From Phyllobates terribilis (taxonomy: Eukaryota), in the NCBI RefSeq assembly GCF_046119375.1, contig NW_027362762.1:636864001-636928000 (forward strand): a DNA stretch of 64,000 bases, written 5' to 3'. Below the pieces are notes generated by a model that saw nothing but the letters and a program-made list of their open reading frames with translations, had not been told where the DNA came from and did no database searches. Below, piece by piece: positions 34,635-46,224 of this stretch. Within the stretch, counting starts at the first letter, position 1. Every line of letters starts with the position of its first letter. The translations under genes and the position numbers were made by a program.

Positions 34635-35316
34635 ACCTACAATAGCAGTCACAAACAAGTGATAGAGATGTTGTAGCCCGCACAGTTTGTTGATTTGCTG
34701 CCTTCTGACCTGTGTCCTTCATGGGGAGGAGGTTGGATCAATCGGTGGGTGGCTTAGGACCCAGACCATTACCAATCTGCTTGCAATTAAGGACAAAAAA
34801 ATTATGAAAATAAATTTGTCAAAGGTTAGGTTGCTCTTTAATAGATTAGGCTTGGTTCAGAGTTTAATGGCTAGTGGCCCATCATCCATTCTCTTAGCTG
34901 TGAAGAACAACTAAGTACCTTGTGGTGTTTATTTGGAAAGGGGTGACACAATCTCTAGTTTCATTTTCTTTTTAAAGGGAACCTGTCGTCTACTTCAGGC
35001 TGCTAGAGCCGCGGGCCGCATGAATAGAAGTTTGCCTGCACTATTACTCCCCTTGATTGACTGGTCTCTCTGTGAGTGTGCATAGGTAGACATCTGTCAG
35101 CAAGGGATGGGGGCAGGGAGAAGACGCTGGGGATCTGGCTCGGAATAGTTGAGATGCGTAGTCCACAGCCGTCTATTCTTAGTATGTTTTCTTTAAAAGA
35201 ACACCGCATGTCAAAAGCAAAACCTAAGTGGCTGCGATTCAGGCAGCATCAATCAGATCATGGGCTCACTTTAACCCCCTTTGGGACAGGACTATTTTGA
35301 TAGTCTCATTTTTTCC

Positions 35317-35471
35317 NNNNNNNNNNNNNNNNNNNNNNNNNNNNNNNNNNNNNNNNNNNNNNNNNNNNNNNNNNNNNNNNNNNNNNNNNNNNNNNNNNNN
35401 NNNNNNNNNNNNNNNNNNNNNNNNNNNNNNNNNNNNNNNNNNNNNNNNNNNNNNNNNNNNNNNNNNNNNNN
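35317..35471. other. Assembly gap
   Basis: Run of N. Confidence 1.
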
Positions 35472-36135
35472 GACAGCTTGTTCTTTGTGGGACAAGTTGT
35501 AGTTGAAAATGACAGCATTTATTTTACTATGTCATCTATTGAAAAACAAAAAATAATTCCAAATGGGGGGTGAAGCCTGCCCTGATTGGCCACAGGTATC
35601 ACGTGACATAACAATATGACACTATCCCCGGGAGAGCCAGTGTAGATGCCACTTGAATGATGCTGGCACCGGAGGTGAGTATAAGTTTTCTTATTTTATT
35701 GGGGGAAAACATAAGGATTGAGAAGGGGTTGTCCAAGTGGACAGCCCCTTTAAATGCTGCTGTCATTGACTGGCAGAGGCATTTAAATACTTATAGGCAG
35801 ATGACTGCTATATATTAAAGCTATTGTCTGCTCTGTATGGAGCTGGCACAGCTCCTTAGCCTACTCCATGCACACGCACCATAATCGTGATGTACATTTG
35901 TACTAAAAACATAGTGGACTGCCCCTTTAACTTTCATGACTGGGCATTTTTTTCAATTTTTCTTCCTCTTCTTTCAAAAGCCATGACCTTTTTATTTATT
36001 TTTTTCAATATAGCCATAAAAGGGTTTGTTTTTTGAAAGACTAGTTGTAGTTTTATTGACACCATTATTTCAATTTATAATATGCTGGGAAAGAGTAAAT
36101 TGATTGTAAGTGGGATGAAATGGTGAAAACAGATG

Positions 36136-36270
36136 NNNNNNNNNNNNNNNNNNNNNNNNNNNNNNNNNNNNNNNNNNNNNNNNNNNNNNNNNNNNNNNNN
36201 NNNNNNNNNNNNNNNNNNNNNNNNNNNNNNNNNNNNNNNNNNNNNNNNNNNNNNNNNNNNNNNNNNNNNN
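36136..36270. other. Assembly gap
   Basis: Run of N. Confidence 1.
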
Positions 36271-36279
36271 AATCTTGTT

Positions 36280-38520
36280 TTAGGGTATGTGCACATGTTC
36301 AGGATTTGAAGCAGAAATTTCCTGAGCGTTTTTGCCTCTCCCTGGCAGAAAAAAACGCATGCGTTTTTGAGCATTAATGCATGCTTTTTGGAGCTAAATA
36401 AAGTTATTTGGTGGGAAATTGCTTAAGCCCTTGGATTACCATAATAACTAGGGTGAGTATATTGGTTCATTTAAGTGATTAAAGAATGTGTCTGTTGTAT
36501 TTCAAATAAAGTGTTTACACTGTGTCTGTATGGTATGTTTATTTTGTTTGGTCATGAAAAGGTGTGATTGACACCTTGACATCACCAAACAAAAAAGCTG
36601 GTGTCAGCTAGTCCCATTCACCCAATCTTCATTAGAATTTCTATTCATGTAATTTATGCAACTGATGTGAGCTCACAGCTGTTTTTTAGCCGCTACGTCC
36701 CACCCGATTAGCACTCAGCAACACTTTGGACCCAACGTATTTATGTTGCGTCCAAAACGCGGTGTTCTAATGCCGCACTTTTGTTGTCAGTACATGTGAA
36801 TCCACCGCATATAATGACACTTCAATCGGTCAAAATCTGCAGCGGAAACTGGCGTGTCCACTACAGAAATTGATACACTGCGGGTGAGTTTGGGTACGTG
36901 GCCACGATCAAGAGCCGCTGCAGGTTTGACACAGCACGTTTATACAGCTTCAAACCCGCAGTGTCCAGATGTTGCGTTATAGTGGATGGGATCTCTAGAA
37001 ATCCCATGTCTTTCAGGACCGCAGCATGTCAATTTCTCTGGCGGAGTCGCTAGTCTCCGCAACAGAAATTTGACCACTAGAATGTATTGAATGCGGTAAA
37101 TACGCATGGTTCAGTGAACACATGTGGATTTATCTGTGTTCAATAGAATGCAACGTTTTGGACGCAGCAAAAATTTGCATCCAAAGCTGTGCTACGTCTG
37201 AATTATGGGCACAGAGCCAAATAAAAAATAAAAAAAAGCCATGGGCTCCCACATCATTTTTATAACCACCAGAGGGAAAGCTGACCGTTGGGGGCTGATA
37301 TTAGTAGCCTCGGAAGGGGCCATTAGCCAACAATGTTCCCTGGCTATTAATATCAGCCCACAGGTGTTTGTTTAGCCTTTACTGGCTAGATTACAGGGGG
37401 ACCCCAGAAAAAAATTGACGTGGGGTCCCCCCATAAAATCTAACTAGCTAAGGCTAAACTAGACAGCTGTGAGCTGATATTAATAGCCATGGATACTATC
37501 CCCTTCCACTGCTATTAATATCACCCCTCAGCAGTCCCAGAAATGGCGCATCCATAAGATGCGCCAAATCTGGCGCTTGGCCTCGCTGTTCCCACTGCCC
37601 TGTAGCAGTGGTAGTGGGGGTAATGGGGTTGGGGTTCACGTCAGCCTTGTATTGGCTGACGTGAAGCCCAGGTTAGTAATTGAGGGCGTCTATAAGACTA
37701 ACCGCGTAGTAAAATGGTCGCTGCTTTTTCAATAAAAACACGGCCAGAATAAAGTATTTTAATGAAATAGAAATCACACTGTTTATAATTTTTTTTTTTT
37801 TTAATTGCACACCTCTGTGAAGCCCTCGATGTCCTGGAGAAATGTAAATTAACAAACAACCGTATCCCTCACCTGTCCCCCGTCAACGACGCAGTCCACG
37901 TAACGCCACATGTCCCACGATGATCCGGGTCAATTCTACAGCTGTGACATCAGAAATCACGGAGATGTCCCCCGCTGTAATCCTCTGCCCGCTGACACCG
38001 GGGAGAAATGAGCCGCTCCAGAGCTCTGCTCAGTTCAGGGCCCCAGCTCCTCTAAGCGGCTCACTTGTCCCCGGCTACTTGGAGCCAGTGGGCAGGGGAC
38101 ACTTAGGACAGGTGAGTAACGGATTTTATTATTTTGTTCTTATTTTTACACAAGGACACTGCAGAAGCAGACTACTACTACCCTCATCATTGTCCCTGCT
38201 GGTGCTGATTGCAGCGCCAACAGGGAACCATGATGAGGGCAGCGTTCAGCACCTGGCGCTTGGTATCAGCGCTACCTATAGAGTTGATTTCAAGGCTCTG
38301 GTACGTATCACACGGATGGCATCCATGTGGGACGTTTTGAGGACCGTGCATCCGCATAAAAAGCGGACATGTCAGCGTCTGGAGCACACGATCTGTGGAA
38401 ACGCACTGACATGTGCGCAGACCATAGATTAGAATGGGTCTGCGTGTGTCAGTGTCTCCAGTACGTGTGAAAACGGTCACCACACGTACCGGACACACTG
38501 ACGTGTGAAAGAGGCCTTAT
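36280..38520. mobile_element. Cluster of nested non-autonomous DNA elements (Harbinger/Kolobok-like MITEs)
   Basis: TTA-GGGTATGTGC start at about 36280, second copy of the 32746 MITE family, ends gtgtgaaagaggcc followed by TTA; no coding capacity. Confidence 0.55.
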
Positions 38521-39761
38521 AGTGAATAGTTCAAAACGCATCAAATGTCAATTGAAAACAGTAATATTGAAATGAGTCCATATAGTTTTATGTTGACATA
38601 CGTATGTATGTATTTGTGTTTTAATCTTCCCGCGGTACCTCACTTCTGTCATTTATTCGAAAAATATCCATAATATGCACTACTGCATTCTATGTTTTGG
38701 AATGTCTAAAATTATCTATCCCATGGGGAAGTCATCTTAAAATATTGGGATTTTTTTTTTTCTTCTCTCACCCTGCCTTGAAAAATGGAATAAAAACTCA
38801 TCAAAACTTCATATTTATCTCAGAAGGTAAAAATAAAAAATACAGCTCACTCCGCGTAAAACAAGCTATTAGTTATTCTTGCCTAAATAAGTTACTCAGT
38901 CATTTTTACCACACAATGTACTGAACAATGTTGAAATATTTTTTTTTTCAATTTCACTGTAAGCTTGTTATTTTCCTTTTTGTAATATATTACCATATAT
39001 TGTAAAGTGAATGATGTTGCTCAAAACTACAATTTGTCCTGCAAATAAAGAAGCCCTTGTACCAACAAATTCACTTATTGTAAAGAACTGAAATCATTTT
39101 TGTCCCTTTCTATCATGTAACCAATATCTTTAGTGTTTGGGTTTGTCATTCTGCCTGGACATCTCGTGTTGAAAGGGGATAAAATGCAGTAAAAGGTCCT
39201 AATTGGAAAAATTCCTGTGTGCGCTCCTTCTCTTTTGATCTTGATTTGTGTAGGGGTAGATTTCTGTGTCTGTCCTTTTTAAAGCCGTCCTTAAAATAAA
39301 GGTAATAACCACTAAAGTAGACTACAAGAATTGTCTACTTTAGAGTCCTTGTTCCCATTCTCCAGCTCTAGATTATTAGTGCCTGCTTTTTACTGTAGAG
39401 CTTTTCACATTCTTCATTTCCGTTATCGGACCTTGCTATTTAGCCCTTAAGACATTGTTCAGGCCACAAGTACACTACGACACATGCCTGGCGTGTAGTG
39501 CTTCCTTCTCTGTATGTTTGGAGAGCTGCGTGTATGGTTACCTTTAGATAAGACATTTCAGCCTGTGTGTTAGACATGTGTTTTTTTTTTTTTTTCTTCT
39601 GGTGGATAAGTTTAAACTGCTCTAAAGTATGTCATGAAAGATAAGGTAAGTTTCCACTTGTGTTTGTTTTTCCTTGAAGTTTTCCATCATGTTTTTATTA
39701 AAAATTAAAAGAAAAACAGAAGTGTACTACTTGCTCGGACCATTTAATAAGTCAACATCTT

Positions 39762-39940
39762 CAAGGAGTTTGTATGTTCTCCCTGTGTTTGTGTGGGTTT
39801 CCTCCGGGTTCTCTGGTTTCCTCCCACACTCTAAAGACATACTGATAGGGAATCTAGATTGTGAGCCCCAATGGGGACAGCGCCCATAATATCTGTAAAG
39901 CGCTGTGGAATTAGTGGCGCTATATAAGTGAGTAAAATAA
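39762..39940 (+). mobile_element. V-SINE-like SINE fragment with L2-type tail
   Basis: ggagtttgtatgttctccctgtgtttgtgtgggtttcctccgggt core; tgtaaagcgctg...ggcgctatataa tail. Confidence 0.75.
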
Positions 39941-40319
39941 ATTAAAGTTTTTTGAAAATTAGCATTTTTAAAAATGTGATTTCCAGATTGTTATACCACA
40001 TACAATAGTTAATCTCATGACTGCTTTACATCAGCACCATCGGTTTTGTTTTCTTAGGATGTTCAAAGCTTTAAAATTGTAGCAGTAATTATATATATAT
40101 TTTTTTTTTCTTAAGGAAATTAACCAAAAAAATATTTTTGTGACCTATTTAGTTTTGAAGTGACTTTGGGGGCCATACAAAAAATGGTAAAATCCCCAAA
40201 AGTGAAACCATTTTAAAAACTGCATCAGTCAACATATTGAAAACTGCTGTCAGGTAGTTTATTAACTCTTCAGGTGCTTTTCAGGAACTTATGCAAAGTG
40301 GCATGACCGGAAAGAAAAA

Positions 40320-40700
40320 TGTCCCCCGGACGCAAAGCTATCCCCGCCTATCTGCTTATTATTCCACCAAGTTCCTGCCTATGTCCATGTTTACCATATT
40401 CTCCCCGCACCTCACAGGTCCCTGTGACATGCGCTTTTTTCCTTCACCCCCTGGCGCAAGTGCGGCTCACAGGGTGCGTGCTTTACCTCCCAGGCGTGTT
40501 TGGCCTGGGAGGAAACAAAGCACGCACCCTGTGAGCCGCACTTTGCACTTGCGCCAGGAGGTGAGGGAAAAAAGCGCACGTCACAGGGACCTGTGATGTG
40601 AGCTGAGGGGGGAAATATGGTAAACATGGACATAGGCTTGGTGGAATAATAAGCAGATGGGCGGGGAGGGATAGCTTGGCGTCTAGGGGACGCCAAGCCT
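40320..40700. mobile_element. Palindromic MITE
   Basis: Left and right halves are reverse complements (tctgcttattattccaccaag / cttggtggaataataagcaga; gtccctgtgac / gtcacagggac). Confidence 0.8.
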
Positions 40701-41290
40701 GTGAAAAACCAAGAGGATAAAACTACATTATTCGGTCGTCCATGACAGCACCACGTAAGAGAGAGGATCCGCCCATCAAGGACAGGAAACCTACAGGTTA
40801 AAAAGGGCGGCCCTCTTTCCGCCTCAGTTTAGGTTTCCTGTCCATGATGGGGGACCTTGCAGGCTTACCTGCAGAAGATGGACTCCTGTCCCAGAGAGGG
40901 CCACAGCAGGTGGTTGGAGCCGGTCCGTCCCGGTCCTCTGGAGATGCCACGGCAGGGCTCATGGGGGTGCCTCCATGAGCGTTGCGACATCGCCTCACGG
41001 GAGGTAGATGTCCGCCAGGTGTGGGGCCGCTAGCGGGCTCCCCCCCCCCCCCCCGCTACCGCTTGCAGGAGATCCAGGTCGCGCCGGCGGCGCACATGAC
41101 GGGCGCGACCTTCTGACGCGACTTCCGGAAGGGGCGGGGCTCGTTTGAATTTTTTGGCGCAGCAAAGTCAGCAGCACTGTCAAATGCGGCTAGGCGAGCC
41201 TTGTGGATTAAAAACTGGCCAGGGGATTTACAGACTAAGTCCAGACTGTGTACAATCCCGTGTGAAGGGGAATACCTCTTTGGTCAGACC

Positions 41291-43378
41291 ATGGACGACT
41301 TATTGGAGAAAGCGGGGGACCCTAAGAAGGGGTTTCCATCAGTTCCTCTACCCTCCTTTAAGAGATCGTTCCGGAAGAGGAAATTTTTCCGGAAGAGATA
41401 TTTCAGGGAGCAAGACAAGTCTGATGGTAGAGGTCTACTCTTTGGTCCGTCTCCAAAAATTGAGCAGAAGCCAGGGGATACACAATCAGCCCAGGTGGGA
41501 GGGAGATTGTTATTTTTTGTCCCAGCTTGGGAACAGATTTCTCATAGTAATTGGATTTTGAGCCTGATTAAGTATGGTCTTAAATTTCAATTTAAAGCAT
41601 TGCCTCACAAAAGATTCATGGTTATTCCCTCCAGTTCTTCCCCAGAACGCCAGGCTGCCCTCGTTTCGGAAGTACAAACCCTAATAAGAAAGCACGTCCT
41701 GATTGAGGTTCCGGAAGCTGAAAAGGGTCTTGGTTTCTACTCCCCGCTCTTCTTGATTCCGAAACCAGATGGAAGTTTCAGGACAATTATAAATCTGAAA
41801 TCCCTGAATAATTTCCTTAAAATACACACCTTTAAAATGGAGTCTTTAAAATCCGTAATAAAGTTACTTTTTCCCCACTGCTATATGGTAGTGCTCGATC
41901 TCAAAGATGCGTATTACCATATCCCAATTCATAGTGATTACCAGAAATACTTGAGGCTGGCCATTGAAATAGACGGGGTGGTTGAACACTTCCAATACAC
42001 TGCACTCCCCTTCGGTTTAGCTATAGCCCCACGGGTTTTTACTAAAGTAATGGCGGAAGTTATGGCCCATATAAGAGAAAGGGACATTCTAATTATCCCT
42101 TACCTGGATGATCTCCTGATAGTGGGGAATTCGTTGGTTCAATGCGAGACCCACCTGCAGGAGACCATGTCGGTCTTGAAGAGTTTGGGGTGGTTTCTAA
42201 ATTTAGAAAAGTCTAGACTATCTCCACTCAAGGTACAACAATATCTGGGGGTCATATTAGATTCCAGGAAACAGCTATGTTGTCTTCCAGAAGAGAAAAT
42301 TGATAGAATCCGGGAGTTGGTAGAACAATGTATACGTAAACCTTCTATGTCACTCCGTAAGGCCATGTCACTATTGGGAACCTTCACCTCCACTTTTCCT
42401 GCGGTTCGTTGGTCACAATTGCATTCAAGAGCCTTTCAGTGGGATGTGTTGTACAATAACGCAGCTTTAGAGGGGCATCTAGACCGTAAGTTTACGCTAG
42501 GTCCTCGTGCCATATGGTCCCTTCGTTGTTGGTTACGACAAGACAATCTTGCTAAAGGGGTTCCCTGGGAATGTAGTCCAACTGCAGTCTTGTCCACTGA
42601 TGCAAGTGCTACAGGTTGGGGAGCTCACTTTGATGGGAAATTAGTGCAGGGAACCTGGTCAAGCAGTGAGCAACAGTTGTCATCAAATGTTAAGAAGCTT
42701 CTGGCGGTGCAGCATGCGTTCAACGAGTTCCTTATATATTTTCAGGACCAGCATGTCCGTGTACTCTTGGACAATCAAGTCACGGTAGCTTACATAAACC
42801 ACCAAGGGGGAACCCGCTCAAGAAACTTGATGAGGGTAGCGAACGCACTTCTGCTGAAAGCCGAAGATCACTGTCTCTCTCTTTCGGCTACTCATCTAAA
42901 AGGCAAGGAGAACATCACAGCGGATTTCCTCAGCCGTACTTCTGTAAAAGAAGGAGAGTGGTCCCTAAATACACAAATATTCTCCAGAATCGTAGAGATG
43001 TGGGGCCTTCCGTCTGTGGACTTATTCGCAACAAGAGCCAATCGGAAAGTGGAAAATTTTTGTTCCTTAGACCCCAGAGAAGGACCCCTGGCAGTGGACG
43101 CCTTTATGGTTCCCTGGAGGTTTCCTCTGGCATATGCCTTCCCTCCCATGATCCTGCTCCCAGCGGTGATAAAAAAGATCAGGGCAGACCGGGCCAGAGT
43201 GATACTCGTATGTCCCTTTTGGCCCAAAAGACCGTGGTTCCCTTGTCTCCGGAAGATGTCCATATCAGATCCCTGGGTTCTTCCGGAGATTCCGGACCTC
43301 CTCACTCAAGGGCCACTTTCCCATCCTCCAACCCCGAGTCTACATTTGACGGCGTGGAATTTGAGAGGGTGTTATTGA
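41291..43378 (+). CDS. DIRS-B pol: gag tail fused in frame to RT, RNase H and MT-like domain (695 aa from first ATG; frame open from about 41117)
   Basis: VGGRL, LDLKDAYYHIPI, LPFGLAIAPRVFTK, YLDD (42101-42112), STDAS, LLDN, ADFLSR, DLFA, YAFPP; no stops. RNase H Glu appears as Lys (AAG, 42695-42697). Confidence 0.88.
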   Translation: MDDLLEKAGDPKKGFPSVPLPSFKRSFRKRKFFRKRYFREQDKSDGRGLLFGPSPKIEQKPGDTQSAQVGGRLLFFVPAWEQISHSNWILSLIKYGLKFQFKALPHKRFMVIPSSSSPERQAALVSEVQTLIRKHVLIEVPEAEKGLGFYSPLFLIPKPDGSFRTIINLKSLNNFLKIHTFKMESLKSVIKLLFPHCYMVVLDLKDAYYHIPIHSDYQKYLRLAIEIDGVVEHFQYTALPFGLAIAPRVFTKVMAEVMAHIRERDILIIPYLDDLLIVGNSLVQCETHLQETMSVLKSLGWFLNLEKSRLSPLKVQQYLGVILDSRKQLCCLPEEKIDRIRELVEQCIRKPSMSLRKAMSLLGTFTSTFPAVRWSQLHSRAFQWDVLYNNAALEGHLDRKFTLGPRAIWSLRCWLRQDNLAKGVPWECSPTAVLSTDASATGWGAHFDGKLVQGTWSSSEQQLSSNVKKLLAVQHAFNEFLIYFQDQHVRVLLDNQVTVAYINHQGGTRSRNLMRVANALLLKAEDHCLSLSATHLKGKENITADFLSRTSVKEGEWSLNTQIFSRIVEMWGLPSVDLFATRANRKVENFCSLDPREGPLAVDAFMVPWRFPLAYAFPPMILLPAVIKKIRADRARVILVCPFWPKRPWFPCLRKMSISDPWVLPEIPDLLTQGPLSHPPTPSLHLTAWNLRGCY

Positions 43379-44388
43379 CCAACAAAGGATTCCCCGCAAA
43401 TGTAGTGAATACTCTCCTGGCTAGCAGAAAACCTGTTACCACCCGTATTTATGTCAGGACCTGGAGGAAGTTTCTGTCCTTTGCAGAAGTTAAGGTGGAG
43501 GAGGGGCCACCTATTGGCAAAATTCTGGAATTTCTGCAGCGAGGCTTAGAATTAGGTCTCACTACCAGTACCTTGAAAGTACAGGTGTCGGCGTTGGGAG
43601 CTTTATTTTCTTCCAATATTGCAGATAACTATTGGATAGGCCGTTTTATAAAAGCTTCCTTTAGGTGTAGACCCATTACCAAAGCAAAGATGTCTCCCTG
43701 GGATTTGAATTATGTCTTAGATGCCTTGACCAGTCCTCCTTTTGAGCCACTAGATTTAGTCTCCCCCAAAATTATTTTCCTAAAGACGGTCCTGTTAGTA
43801 GCCCTAACTTCAGCCAGGAGAGTCAGTGACCTACAGGCCCTTTCAATATGCCCTCCATTCACGCAAATTCTGGACGATAGGATTATATTAAAACCTGATC
43901 CAGTCCTTCTTCCTAAAGTGGCCACTCGATTCCATAGAACCCAGGAAATAGTTCTCCCAACTTTTTGCTTTCCGCCCAAAAATCAAAAAGAGGAGAGACT
44001 TCACACTTTAGACGTTAGGAGGTGCGTACTAAGGTACTTAGAAGTATCACGTGGCTTTAGAAAGGATAAGTCCCTATTTATTTGCTATCAGCGGGCTAGG
44101 AAGGGTTGTAAGGCCTCAAAGGCTACAATCGCTAGATGGATCAAGGAGTCCATTTCCCTCGCATACTCCTCAGGGGATAAAGAGATACCGGAGGGATTGA
44201 GGGCACATTCTACCAGAGCGCTGTCAACCTCCTGGGCGGAGAAGACAGGGCTTTCCATTGAGGAGATTTGTAAGGCTGCCACTTGGTCTTCTCCCTCTAC
44301 TTTCTATAGGCACTATAGATTGGATCTGGGTGGCTCTGCAGATCTCACTTTCGGGAGAAGGGTGCTTCAAGCTGTGGTCCCTCCCTAA
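42958..44388 (+). CDS. DIRS-B tyrosine recombinase, uninterrupted and overlapping pol (YR domain from about 43370)
   Basis: SPWDLNYVL, TSARRVSDL, AHSTR, ATWSS, RHYRLD, FGRRVLQAVVPP: all catalytic positions present. Confidence 0.9.
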   Translation: MVPKYTNILQNRRDVGPSVCGLIRNKSQSESGKFLFLRPQRRTPGSGRLYGSLEVSSGICLPSHDPAPSGDKKDQGRPGQSDTRMSLLAQKTVVPLSPEDVHIRSLGSSGDSGPPHSRATFPSSNPESTFDGVEFERVLLTNKGFPANVVNTLLASRKPVTTRIYVRTWRKFLSFAEVKVEEGPPIGKILEFLQRGLELGLTTSTLKVQVSALGALFSSNIADNYWIGRFIKASFRCRPITKAKMSPWDLNYVLDALTSPPFEPLDLVSPKIIFLKTVLLVALTSARRVSDLQALSICPPFTQILDDRIILKPDPVLLPKVATRFHRTQEIVLPTFCFPPKNQKEERLHTLDVRRCVLRYLEVSRGFRKDKSLFICYQRARKGCKASKATIARWIKESISLAYSSGDKEIPEGLRAHSTRALSTSWAEKTGLSIEEICKAATWSSPSTFYRHYRLDLGGSADLTFGRRVLQAVVPP

Positions 44389-44407
44389 TTTCCTTCGTCT
44401 CTGTAAT

Positions 44408-44493
44408 TCTCTCACGTGGTGCTGTCATGGACGACCGAATAAAGCCTTAGTTACTTACCGGTAACGGGATTTTTCGGAGCCCATGACAGCACC
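44408..44493. other. DIRS-B internal complementary region
   Basis: catggacgaccgaat AAA gccttagttacttaccggtaac is the reverse complement of the right end + TTT + left end. Confidence 0.93.
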
Positions 44494-45108
44494 CGTATAT
44501 TCCCTCCCTTCACTGGTGTTGTGCACTCCTGTAGATTTGATTTCTTTTTGTGCACCCTTGTGGGAAATTGATGAAAAGTAATGTACTTAATGTGATTGTT
44601 TTGTTATAACTAACCTTGGCGGTACTCTCATGCTCTGTTAACTAAACTGAGGCGGAAAGAGAGGGCCGCCCTTTTTAACCTGTAGGTTTCCTGTCCTTGA
44701 TGGGCGGATCCTCTCTCTCACGTGGTGCTGTCATGGGCTCCGAAAAATCCCGTTACCGGTAAGTAACTAAGGCTTTTCTCTGCATTCAGACCTCTACTAT
44801 GGGCCATACAGGTTAGTATAGATTTACTTTTCTATACCCTGTATGCCCATAGTAGAGGTCTGATATCGCCCAGGGGGTGACAGATTCCCTTTAATGCTGT
44901 AGAAATAGTTTAATCACTTGAATAAAACTGGACGATTAACTGGATGTTTCAGCTTGATTACCTGCCTCCATATTGCCCATAATGAATTCACTTACCTTTT
45001 TTTGTTTAATACAAATTTATGAATTTGATGTCACACTTTTTTTTTTTTTTTTTTTTTTTTTGTCTTCACTCCAGATTTCTTTGGATTTTGGTTTGAAGTG
45101 TGAACTCC

Positions 45109-45447
45109 ATGAGTGGGCAAAGATCATCAAGAAAAAGATGTGGAGAAATCCACTCAGAACTTCCTTCACACTGTGAGCAGGTCTCCAGAACAGCATGTGT
45201 CTTAAGTAAGCTAGTGGAATTGCCAACACCACCTCTGTCCCGACACCAGTTAAAGAGGTTGGAAGAACATCGGTATAAGAGCTGCGGGAAGTCACTTTTG
45301 GAGCCATTAATGCAAGGTTTTTGGGAATGGCTGGTCGGTCAGGTCCCTTCATGGATTGCACCAAATCTTATCACCATAATAGGACTTTTCATCAATATAT
45401 TGACAACAGTAGTGTTAGTATGTTACTGTCCAACGGCAACTGAGCAG
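45109..45447 (+). CDS. CEPT1: Choline/ethanolamine phosphotransferase 1, first coding exon (exon starts 45075)
   Basis: [12 protein letters not shown]...[19 protein letters not shown]...[14 protein letters not shown]...[14 protein letters not shown]...YCPTATEQ; poly-T tract and AG at 45073-45074, GT at 45448; 339 coding nt. Confidence 0.97.
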
Positions 45448-45897
45448 GTAAAATAGAACTTGTTTTCATCCTCCAAAATGCATGTGAAGATGTATTATTG
45501 AAAATGCGTCTAGAACTTAAATGTATTGTACGGCATATTGAAGAGGTTATTCCATCGCAGACATGTGATTTCGTATGTGGCATAAATGTGTGATAAGTAC
45601 AGAAGTCCTATTTTGGGTAGATCCTGTGATCCTTGATGCTGGGCAGCTGCTTTCACCATTGCATTCAATAAAGATTTGACCATCTGTTGAAGTTTGGGAA
45701 ACTAATGGAATGGACGGGCTTGGCAAGTAGCACCAGGCTTTCTGTATGACTTGTAGACTAATGGAGACTTTATGAAAGTGAAGTACAGGAAATGTTTCAA
45801 AGTCATTTTTAATTATCATATTTTTTGTACTATTTAGAAAAACAAAAATTTTGCGGACAGTGCCTTTTTTTTTTTTTTATACTTCAAACCCTTAAGT

Positions 45898-46224
45898 CAG
45901 GGGTGGGGAACCTTTTTTCTGCCCAGGGCCATTTGGATATTTATACCATCCATCGGGGTCCATGCTAATTGTGCACTAAATCCACCCACAAAGTACGTAC
46001 TGGCAATGGTGTCAGGACGTAATATTTCATTGGACGCGCCTCAGCATTCAGTAGCGAACACTGCGTGCGCGTACTTACAGAGCAAGAAGAAATTAATTAG
46101 CCGGTGGCCATCAAAATACAGCTGCCGTCCCAAGCACTGCAGTCCTCAGGAATCTGCCCGGGGGCCAAATAAAAAGTCATCGAGGGCCGTAAACTGCCTG
46201 CAGCCGTAAGGTTCCCCACCGCTG
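45898..46224. mobile_element. hAT-type MITE
   Basis: TIRs CAGGGGTGGGGAACC and GGTTCCCCACCGCTG; perfect 8-bp TSD CCTTAAGT. Confidence 0.92.

Larger units (their letters stand above)
40730..44773 (+). mobile_element. DIRS1-type retrotransposon with gag deleted (DIRS-B)
   Basis: ITRs about 40739-40830 and 44642-44735, ICR 44408-44493, ends flanked by TT and TTTT; open pol and YR frames. Confidence 0.95.

Noticed and set aside
35228-36377. ORFs in the track spanning N runs
   Set aside because: Artefacts of assembly gaps.
2076-44388. Prophage or bacterial integrase contamination
   Set aside because: The recombinases are linked to RT/RH with ITR and ICR architecture, i.e. DIRS/Ngaro retroelements embedded in vertebrate DNA.
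1-45074. CEPT1 non-coding exon 1, promoter or a neighbouring gene such as DRAM2
   Set aside because: No sequence could be assigned; the CpG-rich patches seen belong to transposons, so whether this region is intron 1 or upstream DNA is unresolved.
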